This document shows, one piece after another, positions 9,509 through 19,175 of a stretch of DNA of 64,000 nt. The notes under the pieces are model-generated. The model was not told the DNA's origin. It saw nothing but the letters and a program-made list of their open reading frames with translations, and did not search any database. Location of the stretch: positions 2,464,001-2,528,000 of the forward strand of contig CAXXMB010000002.1 of assembly GCA_963668675.2 (NCBI GenBank), written 5' to 3'. This DNA comes from an uncultured Desulfatitalea sp. (GTDB lineage: Bacteria > Desulfobacterota > Desulfobacteria > Desulfobacterales > Desulfosarcinaceae). Numbering within the stretch: position 1 is the first letter of the stretch; each line of letters starts with the position of its first letter. The position numbers and the translations under genes were made by a program.

Positions 9509-10069
9509 TTATAGGTTGCTCTCGCACTCTTTCATCGTGTGAAAAACAGCTGCGAAGACGTCTGTCTGGCGAAGAATGCCTACGATCTCCTTGCCTCGGG
9601 TGACCAGCAGTGATAGATGGTTGCCGAGCAGTAGCTGGTGGATGGCCATGTCCAAAGATGTTTTTTCATCCACATACTCGCCCTCGGCGGGCGCTTGCAT
9701 GAAATCCTCTACTTTCAATTTGGCTGCCTTGATGCATAGATCTCTCAGCGGTTCGCCATGCAGCCGCCTCTCTTTCCGCAGGGACCGCACAAAAGTGTTG
9801 CTAAAACCAAAACGGATCATCTTATCAAGGTCTTTGTGATCACGGCTCTTGGGTTCCAGCGCCCAAAGAACGTCCATTTGGGTCAATTTGCCTACGACGC
9901 GTCCGTTTTTATCCAGAATCAGAACGGCACGGTGTCGGTACTTGGTGTGATCGAACTCTTCCTGTGCCTTTTCTAACGCCTGAACGGCGTCAAACAGCGT
10001 CGAACCCTCGGAGACAGTGGCATACTCCGACAGGGGAACCATCAACTCTTTTACGGTAAGGCTTTTCAC
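9509..10069 (-). CDS. CBS-domain pair protein
   Basis: VKELM...VVGKLTQMDV and VEDFM...IVGILRQTDV. GTG start with GGAGG upstream. Confidence 0.85.
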   Translation of the reverse strand: MKSLTVKELMVPLSEYATVSEGSTLFDAVQALEKAQEEFDHTKYRHRAVLILDKNGRVVGKLTQMDVLWALEPKSRDHKDLDKMIRFGFSNTFVRSLRKERRLHGEPLRDLCIKAAKLKVEDFMQAPAEGEYVDEKTSLDMAIHQLLLGNHLSLLVTRGKEIVGILRQTDVFAAVFHTMKECESNL

Positions 10070-10183
10070 GCGTATCCTCCGATATCATGCCATTTGCAGG
10101 AACAGTGTTCCGCATGTCTATGTCAAAGGAGGCACTCTATCATTTGCAGCTCGTTTTTTAAAACCCAAACGTGCCTCTGCTCT

Positions 10184-10228
10184 AAAAGAAAGGCCCGGCC
10201 AGTTGCCTGGTCGGGCCGGTTTTTTTTA
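10184..10228. terminator. Probable bidirectional terminator downstream of the tRNA-Ser pair
   Basis: GGCCCGGCCAG-TTGC-CTGGTCGGGCC hairpin with an A-run on the left and a T-run on the right. Confidence 0.7.
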
Positions 10229-10321
10229 TGGCGGAGAGAGAGGGATTCGAACCCTCGGTGGAAGTTTCCCCCCACACTCGCTTAGCAGGCGAGCGCCTTC
10301 AGCCGACTCGGCCATCTCTCC
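10229..10321 (-). tRNA. tRNA-Ser(GCT)
   Basis: Reverse complement GGAGAGATGGCCGAG...CTCGC-CT-GCT-AA-GCGAG, long variable arm, GGTTCGAATCC, encoded CCA. Confidence 0.97.
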
Positions 10322-10424
10322 TTCACCGATTTCTTTTGTGTGTTTGTCGGTTCGCACCATCCATACTCTGTTTAAGTGTCACCACGCCGTTATCGTTTGT
10401 GGCGGTTCAGCGATCCAACAAAAG

Positions 10425-10510
10425 TGGCGGAGGGAGTAGGATTCGAACCCACGGAGCTTTCGCTCAACGGTTTTCAAGACCGCCGCCTTAAACCACTCGG
10501 CCATCCCTCC
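10425..10510 (-). tRNA. tRNA-Ser(TGA)
   Basis: Reverse complement GGAGGGATGGCCGAG...GCGGT-CT-TGA-AA-ACCGT, long variable arm, GGTTCGAATCC, encoded CCA. Confidence 0.97.
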
Positions 10511-10676
10511 CTCAAAGGTAGGTTCGCTTTTAACATCATGCACATGGGTGGTCAATCAATTTTACGCGATATCCAAGCCATGCGTGTGATTATGGAGTTG
10601 ACATCGACACCTATTGGTGATTATCTGGCCGGCAAAATAATTGCCCTAAAACATAGGGTATTTAAGGAGATCCGCA

Positions 10677-11159
10677 ATGAAGCAAAAGTATGCCATCATC
10701 AGGGATGATGATCAGAATAACCTATTGGTTCGCGAATACGCCGAACTTGATAAAGAGATGATGTCCCTTCTGTGCGAGGAGACCTATTCCCAGGAACAGA
10801 TTAAAGCGGCCATGCAGGAGGGCCATAACGGTGTGATCAAGGCGATTCGCACCAATAACATGTATCCGCCGACCGCTTTTGCTTTCGCCATTGCCGAAGC
10901 CATTTGTGCGCTTCTGGAAGAGGGCGGCAATCAGTCAGCCGAGCTTTTTTTCGATGACAAGGACCTTTTTCTGAAGGTGGAAGAGGAGCCTGTCGAAGAG
11001 GCGGATGAGGCGGTGGATGAGGATGTTGAAGTCGATGATCTGTTGGAGGACGAAGAGACCATCGAAGACGATTTTCAAGATGAGGGTGTGCTCAAGGATC
11101 TGAAGTCATCGCTGAAGGTCGCCGATGAAGACAGCACGGGCTCTGAAGATGCCACCTGA
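10677..11159 (+). CDS. Hypothetical protein with very acidic C-terminal tail
   Basis: AAGGAG RBS, 160 aa, last ~60 aa D/E-rich. Confidence 0.8.
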   Translation: MKQKYAIIRDDDQNNLLVREYAELDKEMMSLLCEETYSQEQIKAAMQEGHNGVIKAIRTNNMYPPTAFAFAIAEAICALLEEGGNQSAELFFDDKDLFLKVEEEPVEEADEAVDEDVEVDDLLEDEETIEDDFQDEGVLKDLKSSLKVADEDSTGSEDAT

Positions 11160-11794
11160 TCCAGCTCGCTGGAAAACTTCATGATAAGATTCAAAATGCG
11201 CCCGCCTCACAGGTGGGCGCACATGTTTTCTGCCCGCTTCGATCAACGCTTTGATTTTCCGCTCCAACTCCCGATGGGGTTGCCTGTCGGGCCTCTCCTC
11301 AATCACCGGGTTTTACGATTTGGTTGCAAATCGTCTAAAAACCTGGCGCACCCAAAAATATCACCCCAAAATATCAATCGACATATCGTCTTTGGTCTTG
11401 ACTTCGGTCGTATTTTTGTCATAGAAAATGAATGTTGTTCATAAATTAGTAGCACAGTTCATTACTGCACAATATGCACAAATTGCACAATTGTTCAGCT
11501 GGCAAACTTACTTTATGATTTCTTGCGAAGCGGTAACCCGGTATCTGCCAACCATGCTAAAAACGCGGACAAATTGCGTTCTCTTCTCGATAACACGCCT
11601 TGCGATAGAAGAGGCTTCACCCGTAATATCCTTCGAGGTTAAACCTTATCAACAGAACGCTTGCAGTCAAGGGCCGTGAGCAATGCTCAATTGACCGCGG
11701 TACCTTGGGGTAGGTGATTTAGTCGATACGCCGTTTCCGGGCCATGCATACGGCAGGGGCCCATATTAGCTTTGCATCGTATGAGGAGGAGCCA

Positions 11795-12736
11795 ATGGAC
11801 AAGAAAGAGCGGTTTTACCAAAGGCTGGAGAAACGAGGGGTCTCAAGAAGGGACTTTATGCGGTACTGTACCTTCCTGACCGCGACCATGGGCCTCTCGG
11901 CATCCTTTGTGCCCAAAGTGGCCGAGGTGTTTGCCGCACCCAGGCAGCGACCCCCGGTGATCTGGCTTCATTTTGGGGAGTGCACAGGGTGTTCGGAGGG
12001 CATGCTTCGCACCATCTACCCCTATGTGGACGAACTGGTGCTGGAGATCCTCTCCGTTGAATATCACGAAACCATCATGGCTGCTGCCGGCCAGCAGGCA
12101 GAGGACCAGCTGCACGCCTCGCTGAAGAAATACTCGGGCAAGTTTATCTGCGTCGTGGAGGGCTCGATTCCCACCAAGTACAACGGTGGCTATGGACGCA
12201 TTGGCGGCCGTTCCTTTTTGGAGATCGCCAAAGAGGTCTGCCCCCAGGCTCTGGCCACGATCGCTATCGGCACTTGCGCCAGTTTCGGTGGGATCCCGGC
12301 CGCCAAGCCCAATCCGGGCGGCTACATGGGCGTCGGCGAGGCGTTGAAGATGAAGACCCTCAACATCCCCGGCTGCCCGCCCAACCCCATCAACCTGGTC
12401 GGCACCATCGTCAACTATCTGCTCATCGGTAAGTTGCCAGAGGTCGACGATATGGGGCGGCCGCTGTTCGCTTATGGCAAGACCATTCACGATCAGTGCC
12501 CGCGACGCTCCCACTTTGAGAACGAAGAGTTCGTCGAAGAGTTCGGATCCGAAGAGGCGGCCCTTGGGTATTGCCTCTACAAGATGGGCTGTCGCGGACC
12601 GGAAACCTACAACAACTGCCCGGTGGCCAAATTCAATGACGGCACCAGCTGGCCGGTCGAGGCCGGACATCCGTGCATCGGCTGCAGCGAACCTGATTTC
12701 TGGGACAAGATGACCCCGTTCTATGAAGAATTCTAA
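11795..12736 (+). CDS. hydA: Periplasmic [NiFe]-hydrogenase small subunit (Tat precursor, group 1b-like)
   Basis: GAGGAGG RBS before ATG 11795. SRRDFMRYC Tat motif, ECTGCSE, GCPPNP, HDQCPR, CLYKMGCRGP, GHPCIGC. No C-terminal membrane anchor. Confidence 0.95.
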   Translation: MDKKERFYQRLEKRGVSRRDFMRYCTFLTATMGLSASFVPKVAEVFAAPRQRPPVIWLHFGECTGCSEGMLRTIYPYVDELVLEILSVEYHETIMAAAGQQAEDQLHASLKKYSGKFICVVEGSIPTKYNGGYGRIGGRSFLEIAKEVCPQALATIAIGTCASFGGIPAAKPNPGGYMGVGEALKMKTLNIPGCPPNPINLVGTIVNYLLIGKLPEVDDMGRPLFAYGKTIHDQCPRRSHFENEEFVEEFGSEEAALGYCLYKMGCRGPETYNNCPVAKFNDGTSWPVEAGHPCIGCSEPDFWDKMTPFYEEF

Positions 12737-12769
12737 ACACTGTCCGAAGGCAGTGAAGGGAGGAGAGTT

Positions 12770-14419
12770 ATGGGCAAGCGTATCATAGTCGATCCGATTA
12801 CCCGCATCGAGGGCCATCTGAGGATTGAGGTGGAGGTCGAGGGCGGGAAAGTAGTGGATGCATGGAGCTCCGGACAGATGTTCCGCGGCATCGAGATGAT
12901 TCTCAAAGGGCGCGATCCCCGGGATGCACACCATTTCGTGCAGCGCTCATGCGGTGTCTGCACCTACGTTCACGCTATCGCCTCGGTGCGTGCGGTGGAC
13001 GACGCCTTCAAGGTCAAAATTCCCAAAAACGCCCGACTGATTCGCAACATGTTGCATGGCGGCCAATATCTGCACGACCACTTGGTCCATTTTTACCATC
13101 TGCATGCGCTGGACTGGGTCGATATCGTCAGCGCCCTAAAGGCCGATCCGAAGGCGACCGCCGCATTGGCTGACAGTGTCTCGGGGGCCAAGGTGGGTGG
13201 CGCGGTCTACTTCAAGCAGGTGCAGGACCGCCTGAAGACATTTGTCAACAGTGGCCAGCTCGGGCCTTTTGCCAATGCCTATTGGGGCCATCCGGCCTAC
13301 AAGCTGACGCCCGAAGCCAACCTGATGGCCAGTGCGCACTACATCGAGGCACTGCGCCTGCAGGCCCGCACAGCCCGGCTGCACGCCATTTTCGGCGGTA
13401 AGAATCCTCATCCTCAATCCCTGGTCGTCGGCGGTGTCAGCTGCCAGAACAACCTCACGGCGGATCACATCGCCGAGTTTCTCTATGTGGCCAAGGAGAC
13501 CCAGGACTTCGTCAAAAACGTCTACCTGCCGGACTTGCTGGCCGTAGCATCGTTTTACAAAGATTGGGGTGCCATTGGCGGCACCACGAACTTCGTGGCC
13601 TATGGCGACTTTCCCCAGACGGACCAGGAGCCGGAGAGTCTCTATCTGCCGCGCGGCGCGGTCATGAAGCGCGACCTGGCCAAGGTGAAGATGGTCGACC
13701 AGACCAAGATCACCGAGGATGTGACCCGGTCGTGGTATGAGAAGGGGTCACCCAAGCATCCCTATGAGGGCGAAACCAAACCGCTGGCCGACGATCCCAA
13801 ATACAACCCCACCAAGGGCAAATATTCATGGATCAAGGCGCCGCGCTATGACGGGGCATCTTGCGAAGTCGGTCCACTGGCACGTGTGCTGGTCGCCTAC
13901 GGCAAGGGACACAAGGACATCAAGCCGCTGGTCGACAAGGCGCTCACCCAGTTGTCCATTCCCGCTTCGGCGCTCTTCTCCACGTTGGGCCGCACCGCTG
14001 CCCGTGCCATCGAGACCGTGGCGGTTGGTGATGCCTTGCAGGAGTGGACCATGGAATTGGTGGAAAATATCAAGAGCGGCGACACCAAGACTTACGAACC
14101 CCATGAAATTCCGGAGAGCGGACGCGGCTTCGCCCTGAATGATGTACCGCGCGGCGCCCTGGGACACTGGGTTGAGGTAAAAGATAAGAAGATAAAGAAT
14201 TATCAGTATGTGGTGCCCTCCACATGGAATCTGGGCCCCCGCGACGGTAAGGGGCAGCGCAGTCCGGTGGAGGAGGCCCTGATCGGAACGCCGGTGGCCG
14301 ATGCCAAACAGCCCCTGGAGATTCTGAGAACGGTGCACTCGTTTGATCCTTGCATCGCCTGTGCGGTGCATGTGATCGATCCGCACTCCAACCAGACTTA
14401 CAAGGTCAACGTGATTTAA
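12770..14419 (+). CDS. hydB: Periplasmic [NiFe]-hydrogenase large subunit
   Basis: DPITRIEGH, L1 QRSCGVCTYVH, L2 SFDPCIACAVH plus a 15-aa cleavable tail. Confidence 0.96.
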   Translation: MGKRIIVDPITRIEGHLRIEVEVEGGKVVDAWSSGQMFRGIEMILKGRDPRDAHHFVQRSCGVCTYVHAIASVRAVDDAFKVKIPKNARLIRNMLHGGQYLHDHLVHFYHLHALDWVDIVSALKADPKATAALADSVSGAKVGGAVYFKQVQDRLKTFVNSGQLGPFANAYWGHPAYKLTPEANLMASAHYIEALRLQARTARLHAIFGGKNPHPQSLVVGGVSCQNNLTADHIAEFLYVAKETQDFVKNVYLPDLLAVASFYKDWGAIGGTTNFVAYGDFPQTDQEPESLYLPRGAVMKRDLAKVKMVDQTKITEDVTRSWYEKGSPKHPYEGETKPLADDPKYNPTKGKYSWIKAPRYDGASCEVGPLARVLVAYGKGHKDIKPLVDKALTQLSIPASALFSTLGRTAARAIETVAVGDALQEWTMELVENIKSGDTKTYEPHEIPESGRGFALNDVPRGALGHWVEVKDKKIKNYQYVVPSTWNLGPRDGKGQRSPVEEALIGTPVADAKQPLEILRTVHSFDPCIACAVHVIDPHSNQTYKVNVI

Positions 14420-14429
14420 CCTTCAAACC

Positions 14430-14472
14430 AAGGGCCCCCATTCAGAGATACACTTGATCGGGGGCCCTTTTT
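14430..14472 (+). terminator. Terminator-like hairpin after the hydrogenase large subunit
   Basis: AAGGGCCCCC...GGGGGCCCTTTT. Confidence 0.6.
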
Positions 14473-14486
14473 GTGTGCTAAAAAAG

Positions 14487-14977
14487 TGAAAAACAGCCAA
14501 ATCGTCATACTGGGCATGGGATGCACGCTTTTCAGCGACCAAGGCTTTGGCGTGCAGGTGGTCCACGAACTGGATCGCCGTTTCGAATTTCCCGATCAGG
14601 TGTCGCTGGTCGATGGCGGGTCGATCGGTGTGCATATGATGGGTACGATCGCCGGTGCCGATCGGGTAATCGCCATCGATATCGTGAGCAACGGAAGCCC
14701 TGTCGGGGCCATATGTCGCCTCGAAGGGCAGGAGATCATCGACCACATGGAGAGGGTCGATCATGTACTGCAGGAGGCCTTTATCGAATGCCTGATCCAC
14801 TCCCAAATGTTAGATCATGCGCCCCAGGCGGTGATGCTGGGCATAGAACCGGATGATGCCGAAACACTGACCTGCAGTCTTACCCCTGTCCTGGCTGCCA
14901 AGACCGAAGAGATGATTGGGATGGTGCTGGCGGAGTTGGATGAGCTGAAGATAGCTTACAAGGCAAAGGAGTGTTGA
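14487..14977 (+). CDS. HyaD/HybD-family hydrogenase maturation protease paralog with degenerate metal site
   Basis: ILGMGCTLFSDQGFGVQVV...LVDGG...IAID...LGIEP. Start uncertain (GTG 14487 or TTG 14471). Confidence 0.8.
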
Positions 14978-15030
14978 TAAAATCTTATGATAGTAGGAAA
15001 GTTGAATTCGACCCTCAGGTTTCATGAGCC

Positions 15031-15210
15031 GGCGGATCCGGTGGGTGGTCTGCTCCTGACGCAAACGCAAGTAAGTGCCGTTAAGGTGTAGTTCCGGGCG
15101 ACCCGGAAACTCGCTTGCGCTCAAACAGTCCGGGCCGCTGATCCTCCACTACACCTAAACGGCACTAACATGCAATGCTGACCAGGAGCAGGCCACCCAC
15201 CGGATCCGCC
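15031..15210 (+). repeat. ~180-bp hairpin element, copy 1
   Basis: 28-bp outer stem and core CCCGGAAACTCGC..GCTCAAACAGTCCGGGCCGC, shared with 24014-24192 and 32710-32890. Confidence 0.9.
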
Positions 15211-15278
15211 TCCAAATGCAGGCTAAACGAAACCTAACTAAAGAAGAAAGAATTCTATCTGATTTGGCAGGGGGATAT

Positions 15279-15785
15279 ATGAAAAACGACTCCGATAAAC
15301 CCCGGATAACTGTCTTGGGGCTTGGCAATATTCTGTTGCGCGATGAGGGGCTCGGCGTTCGGGTGGTGGAGCGGCTCGGCGCCCGCTATGCGTTTGACGA
15401 TAACGTGCAGGTGCTCGACGGTGGCGTTCTCGGGATGCGTTTGATGGGCATTGTGGCTTCTACCGATGTGCTTATCGTGGCGGATGCGGTATGCAACGGC
15501 GGCGCTCCAGGCACGCTCTATCGCCTGGCCGGCGATGAGGTGCCCCGCCGGGTGCTGGCCAAACACTCGCTGCACCAGATGGACTTCCCCGAGGTACTGG
15601 CGCTGTGTGAAACCATCGATCACAAGCCCGAGACGGTCGTTTTGGGCATGGAACCGGAGGATATGGCCACCATGGATGTGGAATTGACGCCGACCGTGGC
15701 CGGGCAGTTGGACCGCCTGGCCGACATGGTTCTGGCCGAGCTGGATCGTCTGGGCGCGGGATACCGTTTGAGCGATGACCCATGA
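15279..15785 (+). CDS. hybD: Hydrogenase maturation protease (HyaD/HybD family)
   Basis: LGLGNILLRDEGLG, VADAV and SLHQ: all three metal ligands (E, D, H) present. Confidence 0.9.
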   Translation: MKNDSDKPRITVLGLGNILLRDEGLGVRVVERLGARYAFDDNVQVLDGGVLGMRLMGIVASTDVLIVADAVCNGGAPGTLYRLAGDEVPRRVLAKHSLHQMDFPEVLALCETIDHKPETVVLGMEPEDMATMDVELTPTVAGQLDRLADMVLAELDRLGAGYRLSDDP

Positions 15786-15923
15786 TCCCGCTTCAAAGCC
15801 GAACACCATCTCCCACCTCACCGTTTATGTGTCGTTCAAACCTGTCCTCTGGCGCGAGGGCTCTTTTTGTTATATGTAGGTCTCTGTTGCTAACAAGCGC
15901 GTCCACCGTTGGGAGTCGACAAC

Positions 15924-16163
15924 ATGTGCCTTGCCATTCCATCTAAAATTACCCATATCGAGGATCAGCTCGCAACTATCGATGTGGCTGGCGTTCAACG
16001 CCAGGCCAGTCTGCTGTTGCTGGAGGATGCCCAGGTTGGAGATTTTGTCATTGTCCATGCCGGTTTTGCCATCCAGAGGCTCGATGCCGCAGCGGCCCGG
16101 GAGACCCTTCAACTGCTCAGGGAGGCAGCGGATCGGGCTGACCAAGAGGATTCCCTCGAATAG
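15924..16163 (+). CDS. hypC: Hydrogenase maturation chaperone HypC
   Basis: MCLAIP...VGDFVIVHAGFAI. Confidence 0.96.
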   Translation: MCLAIPSKITHIEDQLATIDVAGVQRQASLLLLEDAQVGDFVIVHAGFAIQRLDAAAARETLQLLREAADRADQEDSLE

Positions 16164-16187
16164 GACGCCATTGCGACGGCGGGGGCG

Positions 16188-19175
16188 ATGATGGAGCTCA
16201 ACGGCGCCAAACGCTTTTCCTTTCAGACATGTCTTGCTTTTGTCGTCCGCCATCCGGTATGGGCTCTGCTGCTCGTTTTTGCGATCACGGGACTCCTGGC
16301 CTGGCAACTGCCCACCCTCTCCTTTAAAACCACCGTCTACGATCTCATTATCGAGGATTTGCCGGAGACGGCTCAGTATAACGATTTCCAGGCGCTTTTC
16401 GGCTCGGATGAGATCATCCGCCTGGTGATCAAAGCAGACAATATTTTCGAGCCGGCAACCTTTACCAAGATCGTGCATCTCTCGGAGGCCGCGGGGCGGA
16501 TCGATGGCGTCCGGCGCATCATAAGCCTGCCGGAGGTGAAAAAGAGCGTCGATATCGGCAGCAACTGGAGCCTCGACGAGTTCATCGCGCTAATAAAGCC
16601 GGTCGAACTGTTCCAGCGCAATTTGATCTCTGCCGATGGCCGCACCACGATTGTCACGCTGGTGCTTGCTCCGGATGCGGACAAGGATGCGGTGATCGCA
16701 TCGGTGGAGCGGTTGATGGCGACCGCCGAGGAGCCGCTGCAACTCTACCAGACCGGAATGCCCCTGGTTTCCCAGGCCCTGGCCAGTTTTACCCATAAGG
16801 ATTTTTTTCATCTCACCCCTGTGACCCTGGCCATCATCGCTCTTCTACTGGTGATTTTCTTCCGCAATGTGCAGTGCTTGATCCTGCCCCTGGCCTGTGT
16901 GCTGCTGTCGATGGTCTGGACCTTCGGGATGATGGCCTGGAGCGGCCGTGCGGTCTCGATGCTCACCACCATCGTGCCGGTCTTTCTCATTGCCGTTGGC
17001 ACGGCCTACTGCCTTCACATCTGCTCCGAATATATGCGCCAGACCCGTACAGCGGAGAATGCCCGTGCAGCCGTGGAGGCCACCTTCGGACGACTCGCCT
17101 TTCCGGTCACGTTGGCGGTGCTCACCACTCTGATCGGCATCGGTTCTCTGGCGGCCAACCATATCACTGCGATTCAGGAGTTCGCCTTTTGCGCCTGCTT
17201 CGGCATGGGCAGCCTCCTGGTGATTTTGCTCACCTTCTTCCCGGCCGCACTGAGTCTGCTTCCTCTGGCCGGTGGCAAAGCGGCCGGTGCATCCATGGTG
17301 GACCGGGCCATCGATCGTCTGTTGGCGTTCATTATCGACCTGAACCTGAAGCACCAGAAGCGGTGCATGATCGTCATCGCGCTGGTTTCGGCGATCTGCA
17401 TCGCCGGACTCTTCGGCGTGCGTGTGGAGACCAATCCGGTCTCCTTCTTCAAACCGGGCACAGAGGTGAGCCGAAATTTTCACGACATCTATCAGCAGAT
17501 GTCAGGCAGTTTTCCCATCCACGTCACCATGGCCGCCAAGACCGAGGCCTACTTCGAGGATCCGGACAACATCAGCCAAATCGTTGAGATGCAGCGCTAC
17601 CTGGACCGGCTGCCGGGCGTGGACAAGAGCATTTCGTTTGCCGACTATCTGATGCTGGTCAACTACGCCTACAACCAATATGATCCTCGGTTCTATGCAC
17701 TTCCAGAAGATCCCTACGAATTGCGAATGCTGATCAACAACTTCAAGATATTGCTGGGCAATGACCTGCTGCAGCGCTTCATCAGCCCTGACTATAGCCA
17801 GGCCAATGTGCTTATGTTGACCCATATCGCCAGCTCAAGCGCCTTTTTGGAGGCCCGGTCGAAGATCGAGGACCATGGCGGCCGGATGTTCGGCAAGGCG
17901 CTGCGCGTCGATGTGACCGGCCTCGGCGTGATCATCGCCGCCAGCAGCCACCTGCTCACCGTCGGGCAGGTGAAGAGCCTGGGCATCTCGCTCTCCCTCA
18001 TCTTCGTGGTGATGGTGGCGCTCTTTCTGTCGGCCAAGGTGGGGTTGATCGCCGTGTTGCCCAATCTTTTTCCCATCCTGGTTAACTTCGGCCTCATGGG
18101 GATCTTCGGCATACCGCTCTCCACGGCCACCAGCCTTATTGCCAGTGTGGCCATCGGCTTGGCGGTGGACGACACCATTCACTACCTGGTGCGCTACAAT
18201 ACCGAGTTCAAAAAGGACATGAACAAAGATCGTGCCCTGCGCGATACGATGCTGGCCGTGGGGCGGCCCATGCTGTTTACTTCCGGAACCATCGGTTTGG
18301 GCTTTTCCGTTCTGATTTTTTCCCACTTCGAGCCCACCGCCACCTTCGGAATCCTGATGATCGTTACCATGATCTCCGCCCTGGTGGCCGATGCCATTTT
18401 ACTGCCCACCCTGATGATGCACGTGGAGCTGGTAACGGCCTGGGATCTGCTCAAGATGATGCCCACGGTAGGAGGCATTCCGCCGAGCATGGTGCACGAA
18501 CTCAATCAGCCGCTCAATGCGATCAAGGTTGGAAGTGATTTTATCAATCGCATGCTGCGCCAGGGCGCACCTCCCAATGCCGATCATCTCATGGCGGTGT
18601 CAAGGGAGATATCCGGGCAGGTGAGGCGTGCCGCACAGATTGTTCAACGGTTGAACGACATGAGCGAGCTGCCGGGCATCGAGAATGGGCCGTTGCATGT
18701 CAACCACCCGATCCGCCGCACCTTGGAGATTCTGGGCAACCAGTTCGAACTGGACGATATAGAGATCCAGTTGGAGCTGGATGAGGTCCTGCCGGCCATC
18801 CATGGGCAGTACAATCAACTGGTGCAGGTTGTCTACAACCTGCTCGACAATGCCCAGGATGCGATTCTGGCCAGAAGAAAAGAGGAAAGCCTCCAGGAGT
18901 GGCCGTGCCACACCATCACCCTGAGCACCTGTCTCCGCAACAACACTGTGTGCATTAGTGTCAGTGATACCGGTACGGGGATTCCCGAACACCATATCGA
19001 CCGCATCTTCGAACCCTTTTTCACCACTAAGCCGGAGACCAAGGGCAAGGGGTTGGGCTTGACCATATGCAAGCAGATCGTTCGTGATTTCGGCGGTCGC
19101 ATCAAGGTGACCAGCATTGCCGGCCAGGGCGCCACCTTTACACTCTCATTTCCGGTGCCCGGGCAGATGGTGTAG
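16188..19175 (+). CDS. MMPL/RND-family membrane protein fused to a C-terminal histidine kinase (HisKA + HATPase)
   Basis: Two MMPL repeats (TGMPLVS..., GLAVDDTIHYL), then [34 protein letters not shown] and GKGLGL in a single 995-aa ORF. Confidence 0.88.
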   Translation: MMELNGAKRFSFQTCLAFVVRHPVWALLLVFAITGLLAWQLPTLSFKTTVYDLIIEDLPETAQYNDFQALFGSDEIIRLVIKADNIFEPATFTKIVHLSEAAGRIDGVRRIISLPEVKKSVDIGSNWSLDEFIALIKPVELFQRNLISADGRTTIVTLVLAPDADKDAVIASVERLMATAEEPLQLYQTGMPLVSQALASFTHKDFFHLTPVTLAIIALLLVIFFRNVQCLILPLACVLLSMVWTFGMMAWSGRAVSMLTTIVPVFLIAVGTAYCLHICSEYMRQTRTAENARAAVEATFGRLAFPVTLAVLTTLIGIGSLAANHITAIQEFAFCACFGMGSLLVILLTFFPAALSLLPLAGGKAAGASMVDRAIDRLLAFIIDLNLKHQKRCMIVIALVSAICIAGLFGVRVETNPVSFFKPGTEVSRNFHDIYQQMSGSFPIHVTMAAKTEAYFEDPDNISQIVEMQRYLDRLPGVDKSISFADYLMLVNYAYNQYDPRFYALPEDPYELRMLINNFKILLGNDLLQRFISPDYSQANVLMLTHIASSSAFLEARSKIEDHGGRMFGKALRVDVTGLGVIIAASSHLLTVGQVKSLGISLSLIFVVMVALFLSAKVGLIAVLPNLFPILVNFGLMGIFGIPLSTATSLIASVAIGLAVDDTIHYLVRYNTEFKKDMNKDRALRDTMLAVGRPMLFTSGTIGLGFSVLIFSHFEPTATFGILMIVTMISALVADAILLPTLMMHVELVTAWDLLKMMPTVGGIPPSMVHELNQPLNAIKVGSDFINRMLRQGAPPNADHLMAVSREISGQVRRAAQIVQRLNDMSELPGIENGPLHVNHPIRRTLEILGNQFELDDIEIQLELDEVLPAIHGQYNQLVQVVYNLLDNAQDAILARRKEESLQEWPCHTITLSTCLRNNTVCISVSDTGTGIPEHHIDRIFEPFFTTKPETKGKGLGLTICKQIVRDFGGRIKVTSIAGQGATFTLSFPVPGQMV

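Noticed and set aside
10229..10510. tRNA-anchored integrative element
   Set aside because: No integrase, and no duplicated tRNA 3' end was found in the window.
11500..11520. Sigma54 promoter for the hydrogenase (TGGCA...)
   Set aside because: There is no GC dinucleotide at the -12 position.
12770..14419. [NiFeSe] hydrogenase
   Set aside because: L2 is DPCIAC with an ordinary Cys codon and there is no in-frame TGA.
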